A DNA stretch of 64,000 nucleotides from Pseudomonadota bacterium (lineage in GTDB: Bacteria; Myxococcota; JACRCW01; JAFGSX01): NCBI GenBank assembly GCA_043821645.1, contig JBDRCO010000087.1, forward strand, positions 32,001-96,000, read 5' to 3'. Positions 49,388-58,574 of this stretch are shown here, in pieces. The notes beneath the pieces are model-generated. The model ran no database searches, was not told where the DNA came from, and was given only the letters and a program-made list of their open reading frames with translations. A program made the translations under genes and the position numbers. The stretch's first letter is position 1; the number at the start of each line of letters is the position of its first letter.

Positions 49388-50227
49388 TCACGCCGCGAAG
49401 CGCAGATAGCCGTAGAGCCAGGGATTGATGATCTCGGTCAAGAAGTAGTCAACGATCAGCACGCTCACCGACGAGATGACCACGGCACGGGTCGCGGCAA
49501 GGCCGACCCCGCGCGCGCCTCCCGAGGTGACGAAGCCCTTGTAGCAGCTCACCCAGGCAATGATGGCGCCAAAGAAGAAGGCCTTGATCAGGCCCTCGGC
49601 GAAGTCAGGCGGGTCCAGCATGTAGTAGGTCTGTTCGAGGTAGATGCCCGGGTCCAGCAGCTCTCGTGTCGTCGACACGAAGAACGAGCCAAAGAAACCC
49701 GAGCAATCGAACAGCATGGTCAGGCAGGGCAGCATGAACATGGCGGCGATCACTCGCGGCACAGCCAGGTACTGGGTCGGGCTCACGGCCATAGTGGCCA
49801 TGGCGTCGATCTGCTCGGTCACCTTCATGGTGCCGATCTCCGTCGCCATGGAGGATCCGGCGCGGCCGGCAACCATGAGCGAGGTGATCACCGGCGCCAG
49901 TTCGCGCGCGATCGAGATGGTCGTGGTCGGGCCGACCAGGTCCTCGGCGCCGAACTTGCGAAAGGCAAACAGCGACTGGAAGGCGAACACCATGCCCGTG
50001 AAGGTGCCGGCCAGCCCGACGATGAAGGCCGAGCCGAAGCCGATGAAGTCCATCTGTTGCAGCAACAGCTTGAAGCGATAGGGGGGGCGCACGGACCAGT
50101 ACAGCACCCGGCCGCCAAAGCTGAACAGGCCACCGACCTCGTTGAGCAGGGCCACGAAGGGAGCGCCGATGGCCTCGAACAGGCGCACCAGCCAGCCGCG
50201 CGGAGCACCTGTGGCCGCGTCAGCCAT
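49388..50227 (-). CDS. mlaE: MlaE family lipid ABC transporter permease
   Basis: RELAPVITSLMVAGRAGSSMATEIGTMKVTEQIDAM, YLAVPRVIA, GGARGVGLAAT.AVV. Confidence 0.92.
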   Translation of the reverse strand: MADAATGAPRGWLVRLFEAIGAPFVALLNEVGGLFSFGGRVLYWSVRPPYRFKLLLQQMDFIGFGSAFIVGLAGTFTGMVFAFQSLFAFRKFGAEDLVGPTTTISIARELAPVITSLMVAGRAGSSMATEIGTMKVTEQIDAMATMAVSPTQYLAVPRVIAAMFMLPCLTMLFDCSGFFGSFFVSTTRELLDPGIYLEQTYYMLDPPDFAEGLIKAFFFGAIIAWVSCYKGFVTSGGARGVGLAATRAVVISSVSVLIVDYFLTEIINPWLYGYLRFAA

Positions 50228-51464
50228 CAAAGTGTGTGAAGATCAGGCAGGCGTTGGTGCCGCCGAAGCCGAAGGAGTTGGACAGCGCCGCGCGCACCTT
50301 CATCTCACGGGCCGTGTTCGGCACGTAGTCCAGATCGCATTCGGGATCCGGTACCAGCAGGTTGCGGGTCGGATGGACCTTGCCGCTGTGCACCGTCATC
50401 ACCGAGACCACGGCCTCGACGCCGCCGGCGCCGCCGAGCAGGTGGCCGATCATGCTCTTGGTCGACGAGATCCAGACCTTGTGGGCGTGGCTGCCGAACA
50501 CGTGCTTGATGGCCTGGGTCTCGAGCAGGTCGTTGAGAGGGGTCGAGGTGCCGTGGGCGTTGATGTAGTCGACGTCGTCAGGGTTCAGGCTGGCCATGGT
50601 CAGGGCCTCGCGCATGCAGCGCTGGGCGCCCTCACCCTCGGGGGCCGGTGCGGTGATGTGGTGGGCGTCGGCGGTGGCGCCATAGCCTTTCAGCTCGGCC
50701 AGGATGGTCGCGCCGCGCTTGCGAGCGTGCTCCAGCTCCTCGAGCACCAGGATGCCCGAGCCCGTGCCCATGACGAAGCCGTCGCGTTCCTTGTCGAAAG
50801 GGCGGCTGGCGTGCTCGGGGTCATCGTTGCGTGTGGACAGCGCACGCATGTTGGCGAAGCCCGCCACGCACAGGCGCACGATGGCGTGCTCGGCACCACC
50901 GGTGACCATGACGTCGCAGCGGCCGCGGCGGATGGTTTCGAAGGCCTCGCCGATGCCGTGGGTGCCCGAGGCGCAGGCCGAGGCCGGTGCCCAGTTCGGG
51001 CCTCGCAGGTTGTACTTCATCGACACCTGGCCCGGGGCCATGTTGGCGATGAGCGAGGGCACGAAGAAGGGGCTGACCCGGCGCGGTCCCTTTTCCGTGA
51101 TCAGGTCCTTGGTGATGTCGATCTGCAGGATGCCGCCGATGCCCACGCCGATGATGGAACCCGCGCGATCGGGATCAAAGCCGCCCTGCTCCAGCCCGGC
51201 CTGCTTCATGGCCTCGTCGGCGGCGCCCATCACGTACCAGATGAAGGGGTCGTTGCGCCGCGCGTCCTTGGGGTTGGGGAAGAAGGGCTCGGGCGCGAAG
51301 TCCTTGACCTCGGCGCCGATGGTGACGGCGATGCCCGTGGTGTCGGTCTGGGTGATCTGGCCGACCCCGTTCTTCCCCTCGAGCATGGCCTGGAACGAAG
51401 CGGTGGCGGTATGGGCCAGTGGACTGACCATGCCGACACCTGTGATGACGACGCGACGGGTCAT
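50220..51464 (-). CDS. fabF: 3-oxoacyl-ACP synthase II
   Basis: RRVVITG, SACASG, SRPFDKERDGFV, YINAHGTST, STKSMIGHLLG, SNSFGFGGTN. Confidence 0.97.
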   Translation of the reverse strand: MTRRVVITGVGMVSPLAHTATASFQAMLEGKNGVGQITQTDTTGIAVTIGAEVKDFAPEPFFPNPKDARRNDPFIWYVMGAADEAMKQAGLEQGGFDPDRAGSIIGVGIGGILQIDITKDLITEKGPRRVSPFFVPSLIANMAPGQVSMKYNLRGPNWAPASACASGTHGIGEAFETIRRGRCDVMVTGGAEHAIVRLCVAGFANMRALSTRNDDPEHASRPFDKERDGFVMGTGSGILVLEELEHARKRGATILAELKGYGATADAHHITAPAPEGEGAQRCMREALTMASLNPDDVDYINAHGTSTPLNDLLETQAIKHVFGSHAHKVWISSTKSMIGHLLGGAGGVEAVVSVMTVHSGKVHPTRNLLVPDPECDLDYVPNTAREMKVRAALSNSFGFGGTNACLIFTHFDG

Positions 51465-51613
51465 GGCGAGGCTCCATGCGGGTCACTGGATGAGGTGACC
51501 GCCTTGAATGCTGGCACTTTACGCCAAGAGGCGCCGGGCTCAAATCGCGAATCGCGATCGGAGCACACGGCGCCTCTGGCTGCGATACCGGGAGTGCGGA
51601 CAACCGGACCTGC

Positions 51614-51856
51614 TCAGGCCTGGTGGTCCTTGATGTAGCTCAGAGCGTCCTGGACGGTGCGGATGTTTTCCGCTTCCTCGTCCGGGATCTCCATCTGGAA
51701 CTCCTCTTCCATCGCCATGACCAGCTCGACGATGTCCAGGCTGTCGGCGCCCAGATCGTCGATGAACTTGGAGTCCGTACGGATCTCGTCCTCTGCCACG
51801 CCCAGCTGGTCAGCGATGATGGACTTGACTCGTGCCTCGAGGTTGTTGTCGGACAT
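51614..51856 (-). CDS. acpP: Acyl carrier protein
   Basis: [37 protein letters not shown] before ATG 51856. Confidence 0.97.
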   Translation of the reverse strand: MSDNNLEARVKSIIADQLGVAEDEIRTDSKFIDDLGADSLDIVELVMAMEEEFQMEIPDEEAENIRTVQDALSYIKDHQA

Positions 51857-52036
51857 TCGCGGCTCCTTCGGGTTGACCGGCGACTTCTGAAGGCCGGAGA
51901 CGGCGTATGCTAATAGACGAGGGCAACGAGGGTCGCAATACAAAATACTGGACGCAGCGCGTCGAAGCGGGCGAGGCGCAGCGTCGGGGTTGTGCTTTGA
52001 GGTGGCGGCCGATGTTCAGGGACGCAGGCGAAGGGC

Positions 52037-54055
52037 TCACCCAGCGGTCTGCGAGCCTGTCCTGGCAGGCGCGGCTGGTTGAGCCCCCCCAACGGGGCCA
52101 CCGGCGCGCCACAGCACGAAGGCCGCGAGCGCACAGCAGGCCAGGCCGACCCCGTACAGGGCCGCGGGAAGCTCTTGAAAGTCCAGCTCCGTCCGGCCCG
52201 CGAGCACTCCCAGGGCGTTGTGCGCCATGTGCCAGACCATGGCCGGAAAGATGGACCCGCTGCGCAGCACCACCGCGCACAGCACCATGCCGATGAAGGC
52301 CGTGGGCAGGATGCGGTACAGGCTCAGGTGAAATGCGCCAAAGACCAGACCGACCACGATCACCACGAGGACGGGGTGCAGGCGGCGGCGCAGGCCGTGT
52401 AAAAGGAGCCCCCGAAAGGCCATCTCCTCGAACACGCCGGGCAAGAAGGCCACGAAGAGCAGTAGCAGGTACAGCGGGATATCGTCGGGCAGCAGGCTGC
52501 GCGTGAAGGACTCGAGCCAGGCCTGGGGAACCGGGAGCAGGCGCTGCAGCAGCTCGAACAGCCCGAGCCCGCTCACAAACACCCCGGGGACCCCGACTCC
52601 CACCCCCAGCCACACCGCAGCGCGCGGCCGGCGCAGCGAGAGCACGTCATCCACGTCGAGACGCAGGCGCCACAGTACGAAAAGGGTGCCGCCCGCGAAC
52701 ACGCCCAGCAGGTTGAAGAAGAGCTGTGTCACCAGCGCCGGTGCGCTGCGGGTGTTGAGCGCAAACACCACGATGGCCGCGAACATGGCGCCGAAGATGA
52801 GGGGGAGCTGGCGCTCGAGGGCGCTTCGGTCGCTGGGGCCGATGCTTTCACTGCTCGCGGGGAGCAGGCGCTGCTCGTCGTCGAGAGCGCGGCGGGCGGC
52901 ACGGATGGCCAGGGCAGCGGCCAGGACATTGACGATCACCACCGCCAGCATGGGGATTAGGTCGCGGCGGCCGGACAGGACCTCGCGCACGGCCACCGAG
53001 GTCGAGGCCACGGGGACCAGCACGATGGCCGAGCGCAGGTGCACCCCGGGCAGCAGCGAGGCGAGGGCTGGCAGCGATCCCAGCAGCAGCAGGGGCAGGA
53101 ACAGCAGCTGGGCTTCGCGCACACTGCGGGCGTGGCTCGACAGCAGCAACAAGAGTGCCGAGGCCAGCGCCACCAGGGGCAGCAGGAGCAGCAGCAGCAG
53201 CAGCGCATCCCAGGCAGAGAGCGACACCGGGAGTGCCCGTGGAAGCTGGAACAGCTCGAGCTGCAAGCAGACCACCAGATTGACCACCTGTACCGCGGCC
53301 ACGCCGGCGCCGACCACGGCGATGGCCAGGCCCTTGGCGAGCAGGACGCGCTGCCTGTCCACGCCACTGGTGAGCAGAGTCTCCAGGGTTCCTCGCTCCT
53401 TCTCGCCGGCCACGCTGTCCGCGGCGATGATGGCTCCACCGCTGAGCACCAGGAACAGCACCAGCATCACCACGAAGCGGCCTATCCAGGCGCCAGCGCT
53501 GTGGCCGCTGCTGGCCAGGTCTACCTCGTCGACACGGCCGAGCTCCCGGGGGGTATCGCCCAGCCCCAGCGTGACCAGGATCTGGTCCCGGCGCGCATGC
53601 TGGACCTTGTGCAGGCGGTCGCGCAGACGCCGCACCTGTTCCCGGGCCACGTCGCGGTCGGCGCGGTGGAGCAGGGTCAGGTGAAGACCGGGTTCCTGGG
53701 CTGGCCGGGCTGCCGCGACGATGAGTTCGATGTCCCTGTCCTGCAGTGCCGTGGGCGGGTCAGCGGGTCGGTGCTCCACCGCCTGCAGCGCAAGGTCGTC
53801 GTCAGCGAGCGCAAGAGCATCCTGCACCAGCAGTCTCGCCTCGTCGGAGGCGGGGCCAACCAGCGCGTAGCGGAGCACGGTGTCGGCGAGCTTGGCTTCT
53901 CGTTCGCGCTGCAAGAAGCCGTTGGCGAAGAGCATGAGCGGCGTGATCATCAGCGGTGCCACGATCGAGAGCCACACGGTGCGGCGGTCTCGGATCAGGT
54001 CCCGAAGCTCGCGCTGCACCAGCACACCCAGGATCCGGCGGCGCTCAGCTGCCAT
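52037..54055 (-). CDS. NatB-like ABC permease fused to a CPBP (Abi/CAAX) intramembrane protease
   Basis: RELRDLIRDRRT, AGEKERGTLETLL permease motif; C-terminal EEMAFRG, FGAFH, WHMAHN protease motifs. Confidence 0.88.
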   Translation of the reverse strand: MAAERRRILGVLVQRELRDLIRDRRTVWLSIVAPLMITPLMLFANGFLQREREAKLADTVLRYALVGPASDEARLLVQDALALADDDLALQAVEHRPADPPTALQDRDIELIVAAARPAQEPGLHLTLLHRADRDVAREQVRRLRDRLHKVQHARRDQILVTLGLGDTPRELGRVDEVDLASSGHSAGAWIGRFVVMLVLFLVLSGGAIIAADSVAGEKERGTLETLLTSGVDRQRVLLAKGLAIAVVGAGVAAVQVVNLVVCLQLELFQLPRALPVSLSAWDALLLLLLLLPLVALASALLLLLSSHARSVREAQLLFLPLLLLGSLPALASLLPGVHLRSAIVLVPVASTSVAVREVLSGRRDLIPMLAVVIVNVLAAALAIRAARRALDDEQRLLPASSESIGPSDRSALERQLPLIFGAMFAAIVVFALNTRSAPALVTQLFFNLLGVFAGGTLFVLWRLRLDVDDVLSLRRPRAAVWLGVGVGVPGVFVSGLGLFELLQRLLPVPQAWLESFTRSLLPDDIPLYLLLLFVAFLPGVFEEMAFRGLLLHGLRRRLHPVLVVIVVGLVFGAFHLSLYRILPTAFIGMVLCAVVLRSGSIFPAMVWHMAHNALGVLAGRTELDFQELPAALYGVGLACCALAAFVLWRAGGPVGGAQPAAPARTGSQTAG

Positions 54056-54830
54056 GGCTGGGGTCCGCTCGCGCGTCGTCCTGCGTGGCCCGGGTCACGT
54101 GATGCACGAAGATGTCCTCGAGGTAGTGCAGACCGCAGGCCTGGCGCAGTCCGTCGAGGGTGTCGCAGGCCAGGATGCGCCCCGCGTGCAGGATCGCGAT
54201 CCGATCGCACAGCTTCTCGGCCTCGCTCATGCCATGGGTCGACAGCAGCACGCAGCGCCCCTGATCGCGAAGCTCGAGGATGCGCTGGCGCAGTTCCAGG
54301 GCCGCCATCACGTCGAGCCCCGAGGTCGGTTCGTCGAAGATCAGCACGGGAGGGTCGTGCACGACGGTGCGGGCGATGGCCACGCGCTGCTTCATGCCCG
54401 TCGACAGGGTGGCCACCCGGGCGTCGGCATACGAACTGATACCGAAGCGTTGCATCAGCTCGGCCACGTGTTGCTCGAGGCCCTTCTCGACACAGCCATT
54501 GATCCGGGCGAAGAAGCACAGGGTCTCCCGCGGCGTCAGGCGCGGGTAAAGCGCTGTGCTGGCGGAGTGAAACCCGAGGCTAGAACGTGCCCGCTGGGGC
54601 GCCTCGACCACGTCATGACCGGCGATGCGTGCGGTGCCGGAGCTGGGCCTGAGCACGGTGGCCAGCAGGCGCAGGGTCGTGGTCTTGCCCGCGCCGTTGG
54701 CCCCGAGCAGACCGAAGATCTGTCCGCCCTGGGCGTCGAACTGAATGCCGTCGACAGCGCGGATCTCACCACGCCCGGGATCCATGAACACCTTGGAGAG
54801 CCGGTCCACCTGCACCAGGGTCTGGGTCAT
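54045..54830 (-). CDS. NatA-like ABC transporter ATP-binding protein
   Basis: [46 protein letters not shown]. Confidence 0.93.
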   Translation of the reverse strand: MTQTLVQVDRLSKVFMDPGRGEIRAVDGIQFDAQGGQIFGLLGANGAGKTTTLRLLATVLRPSSGTARIAGHDVVEAPQRARSSLGFHSASTALYPRLTPRETLCFFARINGCVEKGLEQHVAELMQRFGISSYADARVATLSTGMKQRVAIARTVVHDPPVLIFDEPTSGLDVMAALELRQRILELRDQGRCVLLSTHGMSEAEKLCDRIAILHAGRILACDTLDGLRQACGLHYLEDIFVHHVTRATQDDARADPSHGS

Positions 54831-56096
54831 GCGTCCCGCCTGTTTGGCCGGCGCCAGCGCGCCCGCAAGAAGGTCCACAGACTGCCGTCGTAGGAACCGA
54901 TCACCACGTCTTCGGCGCGCAGCACCAGCGCGGCCAGCCCCAGGCACGCGGCGATGGCCACAGCCTGGGACAGCGCGCAGAGCACCAGGGGAAGCACGGG
55001 GAGCTGACCGGCCAGGGCCTCGCGCATGGCCAGCATCACACCCGCCACCGGCACCAGGGCGAAGGTGGTCGTGAGCTGGGTGTCTGGTTGCTGCACCAGG
55101 GTCACCCCGAGCACGACGACGACGAGAAAGGGCTGGGTCATGGCCTGCCCATCCTTGAAGCTGCGAGCGAATGCAGCCAGCAGCATGCTGCCCGCGGCGA
55201 CCAGCAAGGCCACGGCCAGGGTCCCGGCGAGCAGCACGGGCAATGCCCGCAGGGGGACCTGCACCTCGACCTGGCTGCCTTCAGACCCCAGAGCCGGGCC
55301 GAACAGGCCACGCATGGTCAGCAGCATGGCGCCGAGGTTGAGCAGCCCGGCCTGAATGCCCAGGGTTGCCACGGCCAGGTATTTGCCCACCACCAGGTCA
55401 GTGCGCGTGGCCGCACTCGTCATCAGGGTCTCCCAGGTGCCGCGCTCGCGCTCGCCAGCCGTGGCGTCCACTGCCGGGGTCTGGCAGCCCACGGCCACCA
55501 TGACGACGAGCATGAGCGGGATCAGCAACCCCGCAAGGAAGGCACCCATGTCGCGACCGCTGGCGACGTTGCGCAGGACCACCTCGAAGCCCTGGCCCGG
55601 ATCCTGGTGACCGCGGGCGGCCACCAGGTGATCGATCCAGCGCGTGCGCTGGGCATCCAGGATGCCCCCGCAGGCGCTGCCTGGCCTCGACGCTGCGATC
55701 GCGCGAGCTGTCGTAGTCCAGCTCGACTTGGTAGCTGTCCGGGCCCGCACCTGCCAGGTGTATGGGTGTGAACCACAAGGCGGCGTCGAGGCTGCCCTCG
55801 CGCACTTCCGCCGTGGTCAGGCTGCGGTCCCCACAGTCCGTCCGCAGCCGGAGGTGGGCAGTCGTCTCGAGGCGCAGCGCCAGGGCGGTCTGAGTGGACG
55901 GGAGCGCGCACAGGGCGACCCGGGTGACGAAGCTCTCGGTCTGCCCGGAGGCGAAGTCCAGACCCAGCATGGTCAGCCACAGCACGGCGGGGTACAGCAG
56001 CAGCGGTACCAGCACGCTGTTGACGACGATGGAACGCTCGCGAAGTGCACTTCGCAGCTCCCACCACCACATGGCCCGCACCACGCGCCACTGCAT
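54827..56096 (-). CDS. NatB-like ABC permease split by an apparent +1 frameshift at a G5 run (C5 at 55665-55669)
   Basis: N-terminal half (ELRSALRER..VLVPLLLYP) and C-terminal half (AGERERGTWETL) are in different frames; the span is 3n+1 nt; deleting one G joins ...EARQRLR-GILDAQRTRW... Confidence 0.85.
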
Positions 56097-56152
56097 GGCC
56101 GCTCCCTGGACCCGGCTCGACCCGATCGGCTCGCCTATTATAAGGTGTCGTC

Positions 56153-58414
56153 ATGCAATCGCTTCACAAGCTCCGGTCGACAGCCCGAGCGCTCGTCGCG
56201 GCGGTCTGGGTTGCCCTGGCCAGCGCGATGGCCTGCACCTGTCAGCCAGCCCCTCCCATCCCCGACGCCTCGGCGTGGGATGCTGGAGCCCGCGATGCCC
56301 GGAACGACGCGTCGACCGATGCCTGCCCGGGCTGCCTCGATGCCGCGCGCGATGCCGGGACCCTGGACCGTCCTCGGCGGGATGTGCTGGGGGTCGACCA
56401 CGCCGGCACAGACGCCACGGCCGACGACGGGAGTTGGGACTCCGGTGCAGGGGATGTGCTGCCGGGCGATGTCGAGCGGGGTGATGGTGGCATCGAGGAC
56501 GCCGTACAGGACGCCGGTCCTCTCTCACCGCCGGAAACGCCCACAGCGCTGCAGGTCAGTGCGGGAGCCCTGGTGCGCCTGACCTTTGCGCCGTCTGCCC
56601 GGGCCTCGACCTACCAGGCCCTGGTCTCGGAGACAGCGGGTGGCCCTTACCGGCTCGCGGGAACGCCCACGGCCGCTGCCGAGATCTGGCTCGAGGGACT
56701 GGCCCTCAACCTGACCCACCACATCGTGGTTCGTGCCCACAACGCGGCCGGCGACTCGGCGCTCTCGTCCGAGGTGGAGGCCACGCCCCGCGACGGTGTG
56801 GCGGCCTGGCGCGGGCAGATCTCAGGCCTCGTCAGCAGCGCCGGACAACCCGTCGAGGGCGCCGAGGTTCGCCTCTACGACCGGATCGATCATGGTGTGG
56901 TGCTGGCCCAGGCCTTCACCGCCGCCGACGGGTGCTACGTCCTTCACGCACCCAGCGGTCTGTTTCGCGGCCTGGTCGCGGGTCTCGACGAGCTGCCGCA
57001 GGATGGCAACGCCTTCGAGATCGGCTACGACAGCGTGGGCTGGGTGCTGGCCGATGCGGGCGGCCATCCGGCGTGGTTCGAGGTGAAGCCCGCCGAGCTG
57101 CTCGACGGTGTGGACGTCGCCCTCGCGTTCACCCTGCTCGAGCGCCAGATCACGGGCGCGGTACAGGTGGATCCCGGCTGGCCCCTTGGCCGCGTCGTGG
57201 TACAGGCTATCCCCGAGGGTTCGCCACTGCGGCCCCACCGCCTGGCTCTCGATGCGGCAGGCGCCTACACCCTGGCCGTGAGTCCTGGTGTGTACACGCT
57301 GCAGGCTTTTCTCGACGTGGACGGCGATGGAGAACGGGGTCTCAACGAGCCCCGGGCGCAGGACCACCCAGCTGTCGACGTCACCGCGGGCGACAGCAGC
57401 AATCAAGACCTGTCCATTCCCGGGGCGGACACGCTGCAGGGCATCCTGCATGGCGCCGACGGCTGGAGCGTCGCAGCCTACGAGGAGGGTGCGGGGGAGC
57501 CGGCGATCTTCACCCGGGCAGCCCCGGACGGCGTGCCCTTCGAACTCGTGGTTCCCGCGGGGCGACAGTTCAGCGTGCTGGCCTTCGTGGATCAGGACGG
57601 CAATGGCCGCCGCAGCTTGCTCGACGTCGACGGGGACGGCCAGGTGAGCGCGCCCGAGGAGACGTGGAGTGAACCAGGCCTGGCGCCGCTGCGGGGAGTG
57701 GCCGCGGGGAGCATCGGGCTCGACCTCACCGTGGATCTGTCACGACACCTGCGCGGGCAGATCACGCCAGCCATGCAGCGCTGGACCGTGGTGGCGCGAG
57801 ATCCCTCGGGGGATCGCAGCTTTGCCAGCCGGGCGGCACCGGACGGCAGCTTCGACCTGACCGTGTCGCCGCACGACGTCTACCTGCTGCTGGCCTACGT
57901 CGACGAGGATGGGGATGGGCGCCGCACTCCGGCCCATGAGCCGCTGATCTTGCACGGGTCCGTGGTCGACGCCTCGGCCGGGGACGTCGACGCTATTGCC
58001 ATCGTGCAGCGGCAGCTGGTCGGCACCTTCGTGGGTTCGCGCGCCGATCTCGGACAGGGTCGCCCCGAGGTTGCCGTCGCGCAGCAGCTGGTCCAGGGTT
58101 ACGGGGGCGGCCTGCTGTGCGCCAGTCCCGTCGAGCTGGCGAGCTCGATCCGGGCCGAGGCTGGTGCGGCCTTCACGCTGCGCGTGGGTGCCCTGGGAAC
58201 GGGTGCGGGCTCGCTGTCCTTCAGCAGCTGCGCACCGCTGTGCACCGGCGTCACGCTCATCCGCTACCTCGATCAAGGAGGTGACTACTCGCACCACGCC
58301 GAGGGCTGCGTGGCTGCGCAGCCGCTGGTCTATCCCGCGAGCCTGGCCGACCTCTCCCCCGAGGCCCTGGTGCTGGACACCTCGGCGGGCGATCTGATGG
58401 GTCTGAGCTTCTGA
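56153..58414 (+). CDS. Lipoprotein with FN3-like and repeated transthyretin/carboxypeptidase-regulatory-like domains bearing DxDGDG motifs
   Basis: ASAMAC lipobox; PETPTAL...VVRAHNAAGDS FN3; repeated I.G.V / AF.D.DGDG units. Confidence 0.78.
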   Translation: MQSLHKLRSTARALVAAVWVALASAMACTCQPAPPIPDASAWDAGARDARNDASTDACPGCLDAARDAGTLDRPRRDVLGVDHAGTDATADDGSWDSGAGDVLPGDVERGDGGIEDAVQDAGPLSPPETPTALQVSAGALVRLTFAPSARASTYQALVSETAGGPYRLAGTPTAAAEIWLEGLALNLTHHIVVRAHNAAGDSALSSEVEATPRDGVAAWRGQISGLVSSAGQPVEGAEVRLYDRIDHGVVLAQAFTAADGCYVLHAPSGLFRGLVAGLDELPQDGNAFEIGYDSVGWVLADAGGHPAWFEVKPAELLDGVDVALAFTLLERQITGAVQVDPGWPLGRVVVQAIPEGSPLRPHRLALDAAGAYTLAVSPGVYTLQAFLDVDGDGERGLNEPRAQDHPAVDVTAGDSSNQDLSIPGADTLQGILHGADGWSVAAYEEGAGEPAIFTRAAPDGVPFELVVPAGRQFSVLAFVDQDGNGRRSLLDVDGDGQVSAPEETWSEPGLAPLRGVAAGSIGLDLTVDLSRHLRGQITPAMQRWTVVARDPSGDRSFASRAAPDGSFDLTVSPHDVYLLLAYVDEDGDGRRTPAHEPLILHGSVVDASAGDVDAIAIVQRQLVGTFVGSRADLGQGRPEVAVAQQLVQGYGGGLLCASPVELASSIRAEAGAAFTLRVGALGTGAGSLSFSSCAPLCTGVTLIRYLDQGGDYSHHAEGCVAAQPLVYPASLADLSPEALVLDTSAGDLMGLSF

Positions 58415-58574
58415 TCGGCAATCTGGTCGCGGCAAACGCACAGCAACGTGTGTCGTCGCCAACCAGGCCTCGCTCGAGCAGACCGTCGCTGCGCGCAACT
58501 CTCGTTGCATCCTGGACGAACCCGGCACTGGAGCACTTGCCGTCGGATCGTCCGGGCGAGGTACAATGCGCAGC

